A stretch of DNA of 64,000 bases from Octopus vulgaris (GCA_951406725.2 OX597819.1:19902001-19966000), one strand, 5' to 3'. Shown: positions 13,441-27,242, numbered from the stretch's first letter. Notes: generated from the letters alone by a model not told the origin. Translations and numbers: made by a program.

Positions 13441-15154
13441 ATAATCTAAATCTATGATTATCTCACCGCATAATGAAAAATATATAAAGCAATTCACACA
13501 CATTTCTCATATGTCATAAGTTCAAACATACTACACGAACATGGTGTTTAATGCTACCACATGTATTAGCAATATACACAGCAATTCCTCATATCATGCA
13601 ATTAAGAACACCTTCGTGCTGTATGATAGAAACCACACCTAACCAATAAAAACTAAACACTAGCAACATATAAATCCGACCCCGAGGCCCCTGAGTGAAA
13701 GCTTCATTAAACAACAAAACTGCAACTTATACCATTTAAGAAGCGAATGATTATGCTACAACGTATACGATGTGAATTTAGACAACACATTCGAGATTTA
13801 ATTACCAATATAACATTGTCTTACACAATGGGCATTGATACCATTGTTGAAGAGGATATAGACAACTGCATGAACCATCAGAGCTATTCCATATCTTTAA
13901 CATTATGTTTTGTGAAATACGTCCAAACTTATGATATATGATACCATTGCGTGAATTTGTCTATATATATTTAAATGGGTTGTGATTAAAATATTTTTTT
14001 AGATACGTTCATTAATAATAATTGCAGAATGCAACCATAAATCACTTGAGTTTAGTTTTAAAGGGAAAAAAAATGTAATAGGATGATTAAGTAAAGAGAC
14101 AAAAAAATAATTAATTATGTTTATATATTGCAATATATAATGTATGATACATTTGAATTCGATCTCATGTCACTAGAATATATTAGCAAAAACGTTACAG
14201 CATGAATAACTAATAAGGCAGAAAGAATATATAAATTTAGATATATACACACTTAGGTTGATGGGTGTGCGAGCATGGATGTTGGCGTTTATGTGTGCAC
14301 ATGTGAGTGTATGTATATAGTCACAAGAACCGGTACACGATTACGTGTATAGGTTGGTGTGGAGTTAGGGATGTATGAGAGTAAAAATGTAGATACGTAG
14401 GTATGGAACTAAGCCGGCTGCTGTATAAATATGTGGTATGTGAATGTATGTATATACTGATAAAACGCGTGCACGCGCTTGTGTTTTGGGTATATATGTA
14501 TATACCCATATGAATATACCTGTTCATTGGCGATAGTTGAATGAACTGACAACATAGTGTACTATTGCTTAACTATAGCTATAACCTGAAGGTAACTGCG
14601 ATGACAGACTTTTTATTCCAATTCTCAACAGTTCTCACAATATCTGTATTGCACTCCTAGACATTTTCGCCTCTACATAATCTTCCTTCCTTTGTTCTAG
14701 TACACTTCTCTCGATTTAAACTTAATGTAATCTAATTTTTCTCTCCAGGTCTCATGCTACCAATATTTCTCTCACATTTTACTTTCCCTTCATAAGAGAG
14801 GTTTTTCTTTTATCTTCCTTTCTTAGGTGCCGTTTATATATTTCATTTTATTTGTCATATATTTTATTTTTTATGGATATTTAAACATAAAGAAAATCGT
14901 AGCGATAGTTCATTCCTTAACTGAAGAGGCCAAATAACAACATGGCTGCTCAGACTCAAAATGTTTAACGAGGTGCCACTTTATGTGTGAATACACCTCA
15001 TGTGACCCTGACTGCAAGATTGATGCAACATAATATGATATATAGCATCCCACCCATAAAAGACAGTCGAAGAATGGGTCGAAGCGATCGTCGTACAAAA
15101 TATAGAGCCATACCGATTCCATCTTCAGTTTGCTTAATCGATTATCATGTATGT

Positions 15155-16095
15155 ATACAACGTCTGATCAATCAATAAGAATCCGGACTGTTACCATAGT
15201 AACGAAGCTTAAAGCACGCAGAGTAAAGTCGCTTCACACAGATTGACCTGAAACGTTCTTGTGTATAGTCACTAAGTTATACCGTTCTAGCTCAAATCCG
15301 CTCTTTACAGCAGTGCTGTGCTTGGAAGGAACGTGTGTAGCGTGTGTTTGTCGCATTGACAATGACAGAGGAAACTGAGCAGAGAATCTGCATCAAATAG
15401 CGCCAACGTCTTGGCCATACCTGCCCAGAGGCCTACGGACTGTTTTCGAATAGTTTATATTGTTCTCGACACAATGAAAGAGATCTTATGTAACTGGAAC
15501 ACGAGTGCCCTATTGGTCAGCTAAAAGCAGCTTTGGTACGAACTTGGCAGACACAGAGCTCACACCCAAATCTTCAGAGATAATGAACTAAACCGTATGC
15601 AATCTGCACAACCTCCAATAACTCACGGATGCTGTTTCGACGATTTACTCTTACAGCTGCACGCACATCTTCGATGTTTTCCTCACTTCTCCTGTTTACG
15701 TGTCTCCCAGAACGTTCGTCAGTAGCGACATATTTTCGGCCACATTGGAAAAGTACACTTGTGTGCGATTCATACAATCATCTCTATACACTTTCTGCAA
15801 GTTCCCGTTGGCCTCTGCGCAGGTATCGCTTTCCCTGTCGTAGACAATGCGACGATCACATGCTACTCAGCTTACTTCCAAGTAGCCAAATAGCCCATGA
15901 GGTCAAGATTAGTACCGGGTCTGTGGAAACTATCATTTATGACCATTTGCATATGCAAAAGGTGTCAGCCAGATGGATTCCCAGGTTGCTCATACCTTTC
16001 CAGAAGCAAGTACGCGTCGAGTGTTTGAGGATGAATTTGGAGATGTGCCAAAATGATAAGTCAAAATTGTTCAAATGACTGACTACACAGGATGA
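15155..16095. mobile_element. rearranged mariner transposon fragments
   Basis: TIR-like start and + strand MTEETEQRICIK*...LGHT..EAY (about 15362). A - strand HTH reads DERSGR...EENIEDVRAAVRVNRRNSIREL (15574-15777). A + strand piece reads SVETIIYDHLHMQKVSARWIPRLL (WVPHxL-type linker) up to TTQD. Confidence 0.85.
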
Positions 16096-16142
16096 CTGCC
16101 CACACGGAGCCCATAGCTATGGGCTCCGTGTGGGCAGTCATC
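16091..16142. repeat. perfect 52-bp palindrome
   Basis: GATGACTGCCCACACGGAGCCCATAG|CTATGGGCTCCGTGTGGGCAGTCATC with no spacer. Confidence 0.97.
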
Positions 16143-16184
16143 TAAAAGTTTTTGTGCATCTTGATGCTGACATAAGTTCCTTAC

Positions 16185-16267
16185 TTTTCCTGATGATAAG
16201 GCGGCATAATGTACCCCTCATTCCTTCGAAATTAGGAATATGCAGCCTTCGAAACATATGTCGAAAA
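16185..16267 (+). ncRNA. minimal type-I hammerhead ribozyme
   Basis: Stem I TTTTC/GAAAA; core CTGATGA (16190-16196); stem II AAGGC/GCCTT, GCAT/ATGC, ATTCCT/AGGAAT; GAAAC-ATAT-GTC with palindromic ACATATGT. Predicted cleavage is after C16262. Confidence 0.8.
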
Positions 16268-16337
16268 TAAAATAAAGGAATTTTGTTAATTCGTCGTTCA
16301 ACTCCATTCTTTCATTTATTTGTATATATATATATAT

Positions 16338-17230
16338 ACTAGAATGAAAAATGTGGGCACAGAATCACTGAAGATTCTTGAGTATTAAACCAGGAAAACT
16401 GCAGAACAAGTACAGTTTTACCCTGGCACATTATAGGACAAGAAATGTTGCAGTTAATATTTAAAAACTAAAATAGTAATTAGTGTTCTGTATGTTTTAA
16501 ATTTTTTACTGAAAATTATAATTCAAAATACTCAAGAATCTATTTACTTTCACATTAAAAATTTAATATTGCAAATTTATATATTGAAAACAAGATTTAG
16601 TAGCATTTAAGCAAAATTGACAATTATAACCCCTATATAATTTAAAAACTTAGAGAGTTATTTCTACATTGTGCACTCAATTTGTTCATTAGATATCGTT
16701 TTTGAAATATTTTTCAAACTGTAAATGGAAAATGCTTTGTTATCGTATTATGCGAACTTCAAAAAGCAATTATTATTTTGTTTCTTTTATTTAAAAATTT
16801 TTTGACTCCTTTGAATTATATATATTCTACATGAGTTTAATTTCATAATACGCAATCTCTAATATAAATTTTTTCAATAATGTATTTTGTTAAGAAAATA
16901 AAAATGGTATAATATAATTCTAACAATAAGAAAGCTATTTTTTAGCTTATTACGAAGACATTTTAAAATCAAAATTATTAAATGAAAGTTCAATACATTT
17001 GCAATAAAAAAAGCCGGAAATTAAAAAAACTCAGGAAAGTGCACACTTTTCAGTTTTGATGAACAATTTCACAAATCTATTTATCAACCCCTAACCTCAG
17101 CAGCAAAATTTTCAGTTTATTTTCCTTTTCCCGTACTTTTCCAGATTTAATTACTGCTTTATTCTGTAATTGTCCAGGTTTAATACTTAAGGATTTTCTT
17201 CGATGCTGAGCCCGCATATTTCATTGTAGC
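16338..17230. mobile_element. old AT-rich element with degenerate inverted repeats of about 100 bp
   Basis: 16338-16440 resembles the reverse complement of about 17130-17230 (AATGAAAA.ATG.GGGC.CAG...AGTATTAAACC.GGA). Confidence 0.5.
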
Positions 17231-18578
17231 CCTCTTTTCTTCAGGTCACGCTTCTATTATAATTTATTATATTTACAGTTATAATTGGGAAAAAAAATGA
17301 TAATATTCCAAATATTTCCTAAAATGCAGATTTTGTTCATATTTAGAAATTTTGAGTGCATCCAAATGTAGCAACGAAGTATTAGCCACATATCTGTAGC
17401 AAATAAGTACAATTTTCAACAATTTTTATTATAAAATCATACTGCCTTTTAATTAAATAATTACTAATTAGTTTTGTAATGAAAGACTTATTTCATTTTG
17501 ATATTTTTTTAAATACGTTTCTATTTTAAAACATAAACAGAATGATATGAATTAATATAAAATCGCTTTTTTACGCTTAATATATTTAGATGACATTTTC
17601 AGGAAAATATTTACCCCAAGGAAAGAATTCATGAGTTCAAATTGTATTTTTCTCTTAAAAGGCCAAAATATATTAATTTCTTAAAATTATATCCCATTTT
17701 TCGTCACTTAAAAACACGCAACTTGTTTTTTAGCAAATATATTTTCACAAGATTTTCACCATAGCACAATTCGCGTAGAGCGGTTTCATCTGAGATAAAT
17801 CTCGAGTGTTCAGTGGCTACGAAAACAACTTATAAGTGTGGCAAATACCCTTAGAAAAGGGAGAGAAAGAAATTGTCCAGCATGCCGTAGCGTACAGAAC
17901 TTCGTACAACTCACGCTTCGCCGCTCTTTACTTTTAAGCTAAACGACACAACACGTAATTCTGTCACGTATAATGCTAGCTATCCGAAAATGCCAAAAAT
18001 ATTTTGATTAGTCTAAATGATCGCCTTCATTCGTCACTTAATTTCAATGCAATATACTTTGATGAGGTGTTCATCATCATATGCGTCTCATAGAATTCTT
18101 TCAACTGAACACAACTATTCCATTGCTTTATTATAGATGAGATACTTTAATTTAAATTTATGTTTGGTGCTTATTTACCATTTTCTCATCAACTAAGTCC
18201 ACACTAAGTTTTTTTCAAGACAAATACTTTTTAACAAAGGTTTCAACCAAACAATCCTACTGTATAAGCACATTTGTTTAAACCAACGAATAAATAGTTT
18301 TCTTTTAAAATAATTGAAACATTTTGATTCAATATCAGTTTTTTTTTTACTTTACTCTCCGATTTTGACCTTACATATTTTGAGCGCACATTTATTTTGA
18401 TGAACCAAATCTAAGTTACTTTATATCACAATGTAACTTATGCCTGAAGCATTATCACTGCATTCAATTTGGTTGAAAACGGAATTAGTGATGAAGCCTA
18501 GAAGAGATCAGGAATAATTAGTACTTGACCTTAATATATTCACTCAATGACATGGATAAACGATATATGTATACATGT

Positions 18579-18806
18579 GCGGCGAGCTGGCAGAAGCATT
18601 AGCACGCCGGGCGAAATGCTTAGCGGTATTTCGTCTGCCGTTACGTTCTGAGTTCAAATTCCGCCGAGGTCGACTTTGCCTTTCATCATTTCGGGGTCGA
18701 TAAATTAAGTACCAGTTACGCAGTGGGGTCGATGTAATCGACTTAATACCTATGTCTGTCCTTGTTTGTCCCCTCTATGTTTAGCCCCTTGTGGGTAATA
18801 AAGAAA
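18579..18806 (+). mobile_element. SINE family A, full-length monomer
   Basis: GCGGCGAGCTGGCAGAAGCATTAG head, B-box GAGTTCAAATTCC, and 3' end GCCCCTTGTGGGTAATAAAGAAATA. Confidence 0.92.
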
Positions 18807-18917
18807 TATATATATGTATACATACATATATAAATGCGCACATATCTATCTGCCTCTCTTTCTATCTAGTTATCTACCTATCTCTCTCTCTTTATATGTA
18901 GGTGTATGTGTGTATAA

Positions 18918-20241
18918 ATTAAAGTTAGACAAGATCGTTTCATGTGATTCCTTTAGGTTTCACGTCCATAATGGACATGGCTTATAGCGCATCATAAGAT
19001 CCCTAAATCTGTTAGAGGCTTCTTTAGTGAGTGGACTCTCTAGAATATGGAGGAGGAAATAAGCTCGTTATTCAATGTCAAGTAAGTGATTGTCTCCCCT
19101 AGGCTATTGATCGCCGATATCAACCAAAAGGGTTGTGTCATTTTGGCTATATATATTGCCGGTGGCCCTGCTATGCCGTTGGTTCCAATAGGCTAGCGGG
19201 AATTTCCTGAAATCCAAGCACGATCCGAAAACATCCGTTAAGAACTTCAGAATGTTCCCTAGATCAAGGAAGTCCTTTACTTTTATCTCCCGTTCCGCAA
19301 TACATAATTTACAGCGGTTGTCCCCGTTAATATAGGGGCCTGAATTCTCTAGGATTCCCCCATGATATTGTGTATGGATTACCGTCGTCTATTGGCATAC
19401 GTGGCTCGCTAATAATATGACGAATCGACAATATATATCTACGACAGCAATGAGAGCACCTCCATCAATGGCGATAGTCCTAATAACAAGAATGGCACAT
19501 TTCCAATACCGGCAGTGGCAGTACCAACACCATGACCACCTCCAGTACCAACAGCGCCAGTTACCAACACGACCAACACCAACAACGTTAGCACCAAACG
19601 CCTCATGCCCGGCAATAGCGGCGACAGCGAATCCATCACCAACAGAAAAATCACCGCCAACAATCGACAACGGAGTTCCATTTGTTGTTCCGTGAATTCA
19701 TTCAAACAACGCCTTCCAACTGCACATCCTCCTTCAGGATACCAGAAATAGGATTCGTCTCGTCATTAGGCAACCACGTATGGCAACCTATAGACGATGG
19801 GATTCCATACACAATATCATGGAGAATCACAGAGAATGCAGGCCCCTACATTAACGGGACCAACCGGTGTAAATTATGCGTAGCGGAACGGGCGAGGGAC
19901 CTAAAGGTCTCCCTCGATCCAGGGAACTTCTTGAACTCTAGAAGGGAGGTATTTGGACCGTTCTTGCATTCATTTCAGGAAATTCCAGCAAGCCTATTGG
20001 AACCCACGAGATAGCAGGGCTAGCGGCGAGCGATAGCCAAATTGACACATCCCACTTTGTTGATATCGGTAATAAGTAGCCAAGAGGCTGAATTTGAGTA
20101 ACGAGTTCCTTCATATTCTAAATATTCCACTGACTAGAGAGGCCTTTAGCCAACAGGTTTTGGGATCTGATGTTATGCCATAAATCCAGGCCCTTTATAG
20201 ACGTGCAAAAACCCCCTAAACCGGCCTTGTCTAACTTTAAT
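18918..20241. mobile_element. Penelope-like element 3' ends in inverted arrangement (GIY-YIG C-terminal region)
   Basis: The + strand reads SLGNHVWQ...PYTISWRITENAGPYINGTNRCKLCVAER...LNSRREVF, a PLE endonuclease C-terminal pattern. 18918-19410 is a diverged reverse complement of about 19760-20241. Termini are ATTAAAGTTAGACAAG / CTTGTCTAACTTTAAT. Confidence 0.8.
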
Positions 20242-20340
20242 ATATATTGGTCTATACCTAAGAGGGTGCTCTTTTTCGCGATTTACGTTTGCGGACGATC
20301 GATATACATATTTACATACATGCATACACACACACACACA

Positions 20341-20378
<38 letters not shown>

Positions 20379-20548
20379 TAAATTATATAAATTATTTTAT
20401 GTATTGGCTTAAGTCTTTCTTTGTTTGATTTGCATAATAGTGGTTTTGTCTCTAATTTAATATAATATAATATTTTACTATAAAATTGGATTCAATCCTA
20501 AATCTGATTTTTCCCTGTAAATTTGGATTTATTCCCTAATATTATTAT

Positions 20549-20603
<55 letters not shown>

Positions 20604-20767
20604 CACACACACATAAACACTTATGCACACACAAATACTCTCACACACATACATATATATGTATGCATTTATATATGCTTTTTCTCTGTGTGTCTATTTC
20701 AGATTTATGGATAGACTGATTGCTAAATAAGTTTTAAATGTATTTGTGTATATTTATACATACATAC

Positions 20768-20830
<63 letters not shown>

Positions 20831-22185
20831 TAAATTTTATCAACATCAATTGGTCCAATTTTTTAACCGTTGTAAGAGAAGATCCCCTGATACTGAGACC
20901 TAACATAATATTAATACAAACTGAGTATAGAATCTAATTATGCAATTCTTAAATTAAAGTCAGTTCTGAAGTCTTAAATTTAAACAGTCGAACTCTTCTC
21001 ATACGTAACCTTATAACACAAGAAGTCATGTTGTGCGAGAAGAGATCTCTTTGAACGGCTTCTCTCGATAATTCTACACCATAGGAATGCAGCGACAAAC
21101 TTAATTAAAGCTGAATAATACACTCGCCATGAGTTATATGCAAGTCATACATTTACGCGATACATAATACACCAATCTAAGTGGTTCTTGGCAGAAATCC
21201 CGACATACTTGGTTCAAACAACTAATTCAAATTCTGAAGAATTAAGGTTCCATTATCGATTGCATTATATCCGGTGTCAACCTGAAATCAAATCTGGTGT
21301 TGCTTTGTTCTTATTAATCCATCAAATACAACGAGTAAAAGGGAAGTATTACAAAGAGTTCACGATATTTCGAAAGGGAATGTCAGAATGTGTTTCTGTA
21401 ATGGCGACTCGTTTGTTACTATGGATTCATGCATTACGAAATGTGCAACTTAATGGACGGAGACATCAAGACAGATTTCGCTAACAAATTATCAGCGATC
21501 ATACTTTACTTGAAGTCACACTCGCGATTGTTCATACATGTGTATTATACTTCATTATTCGCAGAAAATGCCTCATAGATGTGCATGATATATTGGTAGA
21601 TATATCTGATCAAAAGAAAGCCGTGATTAGAATCTTATCTTGCTCTTCATTTATGATAACGTATCAAAGAATTTCGCATTGAATTTGCAGTGGTTTACTC
21701 AACTTCAACAGATCACCCAAAACTACACTTCACTTCAAATTATTTCTATATATTAGGAAAAACCAAAATAATCTCAGGGTGTCTTTTCCATGCATTGAGT
21801 TAAATTTTCTTTACAGAAAATATTTAATCAGCATTGTAAGTAGCAGAATAAAATATTCAGTATTTTTGATGGTGAACGACTATATATAATTAGGTTTCTA
21901 TGTATCTACACCTAAGATATAAATCCATTTGACCAATCGCAATACAACAGAGAAAATACCAAGATTTATTTTATGTCAAGCATTTTCTACAGTGCGGGCA
22001 TCATATTAATAAAAGGTGAACATATATTTGAGCATCATTTGTTATCAGTTTCTAGTAATTCCTCATAAAATAGAGTGGATAATTCTCAGACTCTAAATAT
22101 TCAATAAAACTTATGTGGTATGTAACATCATTTTGCTACAAACGTGGGTGCGGCAGTAGCAGTGTTTCTACAAGTGTGTGTCGCC

Positions 22186-22378
22186 ATGATAGATCGGTAG
22201 CCACTACACACATTTTTCTCTCCTTATTTCTCTCCTTTTTTCTTTCTGTGTTCCTTTCTTTGGAAGAGCGTAGGCTCGAAACGTAAAAGACTTTTTCAAT
22301 TCCCCAACTTTATACTAATACATCTCTTTGTTTTCTACACCACCTGTCTTCGTCTTTTTTTTTCGTGAATTCTCCCTA
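22186..22378 (+). mobile_element. short pLTR-like repeat with a hammerhead-like hairpin
   Basis: CTTT...GAGC-GTAG-GCTC-GAAACGTA-AAAG with a non-canonical core. Related copies lie at about 400-460 and 63495-63600. Confidence 0.6.
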
Positions 22379-22380
22379 TA

Positions 22381-22424
<44 letters not shown>

Positions 22425-22427
<3 letters not shown>

Positions 22428-22785
22428 CAGGTTGCTGCAAAAGTAATGTCCGATTTAAAGATCTAAGTTAAAAAGGAATAATCCATTGACTATGGAAATA
22501 TTTATTCATAAACATACTCCCCATTGCTTTCAATGACCTCATTCCATCTTTCACCAACCTTATAAATGCTTCGCTTGTAAAATTCTGTAGGTTTAGAACC
22601 AAAATATGAATCCAACTCGTTTTCAATCTCTTCTCTTGTTATTAACCTAATTTCATCAAAATGGTTCTGTGGTCCTCCGAACAAATTGTAATCAGAAGTA
22701 GCAAGGTCAGGCGAATATGCAGGACGAGACAGTATTTCCCAACCAAGTTCTTCCAGTCGAACTGTGTGAGGACAAGCATTATCGG
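22425..22785 (-). mobile_element. mariner transposon 3' end with TIR
   Basis: DNACPH...[23 protein letters not shown]...[12 protein letters not shown] carries the YSPDL motif. TIR-like TATCAGGTTGCTGCAAAAGTAATG lies at 22425. Confidence 0.9.
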
Positions 22786-22868
22786 TCTCTATTTCCGAAC
22801 ACACCAAACCAAACACGGTTGTCAAACGATGGGGTAGGACAAACATAGATACGCAAATAGATATACAT

Positions 22869-22985
<117 letters not shown>

Positions 22986-23026
22986 TATAGATAGATATAA
23001 TACAGTTCTATATTTAAGATATGATG

Positions 23027-23078
<52 letters not shown>

Positions 23079-23240
23079 ACGACGGGCTTCTTTCAGTTGC
23101 CTCTACCAAATACACTCACAAGGTTTTGGTCGGCCCCAGGCTATAGAAGACACTTACCCAAGATGCTACGTAGTGGGACTGAACAGGGAACTATGTGTTT
23201 GGGAAACAAGCTTATTACCGCAAAGCCGCTGCTGCGCCTA
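23079..23240 (-). mobile_element. SINE family C, 5' half
   Basis: Reverse complement of the 5872-6035 region, including the tRNA-like head. Confidence 0.85.
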
Positions 23241-24009
23241 TTCTGTATACAGAAGAGAATATGAAAATGCGGAGCGTTCATTAATCGGATCATATGAAAT
23301 CAATAAGGTGTAAGCGGTGTTCAGTGTGAAGAGCTAAGTTACTGAATAAATCTCTGAATTTGGACAAACCGAAGACAGGAGAGATCTTTGGATCAATATG
23401 TTTTTCAGTATTTTCATAGACTCATGGAGCTTTTATACTCATAAATACATAGAATATAGACACATACGTACATTAATACACACGCATACAATCACACGCA
23501 TAAACACAACGTACATACATGTGTGCATAGATACACGCTTACACACTTCTTTTCAAAACTAGCAATATATGCCATCTAAAATAAAATTTCGTGTATAAAT
23601 ACAAATGAATGTTATTCTAATTAATGTACAATTACGAAATAAATCGTTAAAATATTTTTTCATCTATTTAGCAATATCAATCGGACTAGAATAATTGGTG
23701 TTAACCTACTTAACACGTTTGGTGATAGTCCATTATTCAGATATAGAATATAGATATAACGCCTTTAGAGAGTTGTTCAAGTGTCACATGAGAAAATATT
23801 CTCGTTTTATTAATGGAAGATACAACTTTAAAATCTGCTCTAATGTTTGCTAGTTGCTACGTATTGCTACTTGTTGACAAAATCTATCAACGTCTAATGA
23901 CCCTACATGTTATGGTTGGTTTAGAGATTCGAAATGTCTGCGTTAAATATATTATGGAATATAAACGATGTTTATAGTTCTATATTTTAGAGATACGGAT
24001 ATTTATCCT

Positions 24010-24142
24010 CATCTTGTTTGTTGTTAACACAACCTTTCGGTTGATATACCCTCCAACCTTCTTCAGGTGTCTTGAGCAAATTTCGAACTTGCCTTCTCAT
24101 TTAAGGTATTTTTCGATGTTATTTTTATTATCATTATTATCA

Positions 24143-24239
<97 letters not shown>

Positions 24240-24289
24240 AAGTAGTAGTAGCAGCAGTAGTGGTAGAAGTAGTAGTAGCAGTAGTAGTT

Positions 24290-24356
<67 letters not shown>

Positions 24357-24770
24357 CAGTATCGTTGTTCAGGTCACTGCGTGGATTCGAACTCGGAATC
24401 TTGTGCAATTATGGAGTGAATTTTAGGGCTTATAAATCTAATATTTTTCTATCCTTCCTTAATACCGGTTCCCATATGCTGTTTATATCTGCATTCAGTC
24501 TGCTTAAGTGGTTGTTGTTTCCTTGCATATGTGCTGCTTCTTTTAGTTTTCGTATTTTTCAGTGGTGTTCTCTGTCTATTAATTTAACTTCATCCCACAA
24601 GGGGAGATTGGCTCCATTTTTCCATACATGGTGAGCTATACCCGATTTATCAATATCTCCTCGTGACAAAGCTGTGCGATATTTGTCTCCCCTTATTTTG
24701 AGGGGGCGGCATGTTTCGCCTTTGTATAACCTACCACAGCTGCATGGGATGGAGTAAGTGCAGTCTTAAA
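24010..24770 (-). mobile_element. Penelope-like element 3' end: GIY-YIG endonuclease pseudogene plus pLTR
   Basis: The - strand reads DCTYSIPCSCGRLYKGETCRPLKIR...KSGIAHHVWKNG..PLWDEVKLIDREHH*KIRKLKEAAHM...SIWEPVL. A (TTA)n(TAG)n tract and a pLTR with a hammerhead follow. Confidence 0.9.
24026..24071 (-). ncRNA. minimal hammerhead motif in a PLE pLTR (stem III mutated)
   Basis: The - strand reads GACAC-CTGAAGA-A-GGTTG...CAACC-GAAA-GGTT-GTGTT. Confidence 0.65.
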
Positions 24771-24779
24771 GCCAAATTC

Positions 24780-25020
24780 TCAAATTTCAACACCACTAAA
24801 ACCAACACTATTGGTACAATATATTGATGACACCTTTATACTCTGGCCTCATCAGGAAGATGCTCAAGTGTTGTTAGATCATATGAACCCAATAAAGCCA
24901 CCCATAGTTTTGACGATGGAAAAGAAAAAAAGACAATTAGCAGACATTACTGGACGTATTAAAAACACACACCAAGTATGGATTCAGGACATACGTATAC
25001 CGCAAGCCGATCTTAAGTAT
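24780..25020 (+). mobile_element. Penelope-like reverse transcriptase fragment, inverted relative to the adjacent endonuclease
   Basis: VQYIDDTFILWPH...LDHMN.IKPPI.LTMEK then, after a frameshift, LDVL...TYVYRKP. These match the PLE RT catalytic and downstream motifs. Confidence 0.85.
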
Positions 25021-25059
25021 ATAAATGTCGAAAGTAGTCATCCTGGTTTTGTAAAATAC

Positions 25060-26300
25060 ATTTTTTAAAATAATATTTCTAAAACAATTTGTAATTTATC
25101 GTCTAATACCGACTATTATAATGTGGCACTTAGTAGAGCTGGATACAAACAAAGATTAAAATATTAGCCTAAAAATATTGGCCTCAGCACCTCCAACAAC
25201 ATTGATGTTTCCTATATTATCACTGATTTTAAACAAATAGTCATAAATGGGAATTAGCGTAGGTTAAGTAAGGTTAATTGTCCAAACGTGAAAAATGACG
25301 TACAATATATGAGAGTCAATGTATTATTCCGTTCTTCTAATCGTCTACATACCATCAGGAATACGAATAACGGGATAAAAAACAAAGCCCTTATATACTT
25401 AAGAGTGCTCTAAAATTTGCAAATTATGATGTATCTCCTGGTAAAAACAACATTGTTCGGTTCATAGTTCAAATTGCTAAGCAAATTAAAGGTTATTTCA
25501 TTGGAACCTTATACAAACTTTTCTCTAAGCAGTTTACAAAGGAAAATAGAAATTTTCAACTCCAGGCTTCTTAGAATTTGTTATTCCGTATTATTATATC
25601 TTCAATTAATAAAAGAAAATTATGTAATTTCTATAATAATTCTAATAGTTGTAAACTTCATAACAGTAACACTAATGGAATAAACGCTAGTACTGAAAGC
25701 GAATTTGGGGCTTCTAGTGTGCCACGGGAAACAACCCGTGTCAAATCCCATCTCAACGTTTTGAATGTAAATAAAATGGCAAGTAGCAATTATACAAAAT
25801 GTAATGATGTGCAGAAGAGTAATAACACGAGTCCTATTGAAAATACTTTTCGTGATTGAAGGATTAGAAAATAATGTTCATTTAAAAATTATTGTAAACA
25901 AAACAATTTTGTTGAGAGATGATATAAAGCTGATATTTGAATGTAAAAGGTTTGTGTATATAGGTGCTATGCAAAATGTTATTAAAAAACATGTCCCTCA
26001 CCATATTTAAACCTCTAATAACAGGGACATGTCTTCTTCTATCATCCTCAAAAAATTTATTTGTGACTTGAAAGACAACAAAAAATGTATAAGCCTGGAA
26101 TCTCCTTTTGCTTTCTCTGCCAAGAAGGAATTATTATTTTTGATCTTATATTCTAGGAGACGTCTCTTAAATGTTAAAATACAGACTGTTTTTTCATGTG
26201 TTAGCGCATGTAAATTGACTCTTAAAACTACCAATAAATATATAATCATCACAGAAGATAAACGTTACAAAATTGTTAGAAGATGTAATGGTGATTAAAA
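25060..26300 (+). mobile_element. highly decayed second Penelope-like element (thumb to GIY-YIG)
   Basis: Fragments NLSS..DYYNVALSRAGYKQRLKY and IFECK..VYIGAMQNVIKK, with many stops and frameshifts. Confidence 0.6.
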
Positions 26301-26721
26301 ATATATATATAATGTATAATAAGATATATTAATTAAATACTTTAGATGGGCGTTATGTCTTCTATACGTAGCAAGGTATTGGTATTTTACTATGAATTCA
26401 ATTAAGCATATTTCTAATAAATATCTCGTTGAAATTTTTTAATAATTAATAAAACTGAATTTGAGATAAAACATATTATCTTAATAGTAATTACAAGTTT
26501 AGTGTACTTAGTTTTAATACAAATTATCTATAAATAGTATCTGGTTGTATTTAGGTTTTGCTTTTGTTTACAAAGTATATATTGACCGTAGATTTACGCA
26601 TAAATATTGATGGCGCAAAACTATTATAAGGTAATTAATTATTTTTTGTTGTCTTCAGTATTTTAAACAAATGCATGCTTGATGAAAGTTACCACTCTCT
26701 CCATCACTCCCAATCACTCGC

Positions 26722-26891
<170 letters not shown>

Positions 26892-27242
26892 ATATATATA
26901 TATATATATATAAGTATGTATATGTATATATATATATGTATATATATGTATATATGTATATATATGTATATATATAAATATATATGTATATATATATGTA
27001 TATATATATATATATAAATAAATAAATATATATATATATATGTATATATAAATACACATACACACACGCGCGCGCGTGTGTAGTCCTTTGTCTTTATGGG
27101 AAGAGTTGTTTGCTGTTCGGGTTTCTACCACTTGATGCAACCCTCAGGCAACAGTCTGCTGACTGGTGTAATTTGCTATGGTTGGACTGTCACATGGTGC
27201 GTCTTTGATTTGCATGGCTTTTATATAGACTTGCACAGGAGC

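Noticed and set aside
14917-14968. Hammerhead at CTGAAGA 14921
   Set aside because: The GAAA strand reads AAAA and stem III is not convincing, so it is at most a dead remnant.
19389-19705. Three overlapping ORFs of about 90 aa
   Set aside because: They fall in the low-complexity centre of the inverted Penelope structure.
24014-24634. 206-aa poly-Leu/Val ORF
   Set aside because: It is the antisense of the Penelope 3' end plus a (TTA)(TAG) tract.
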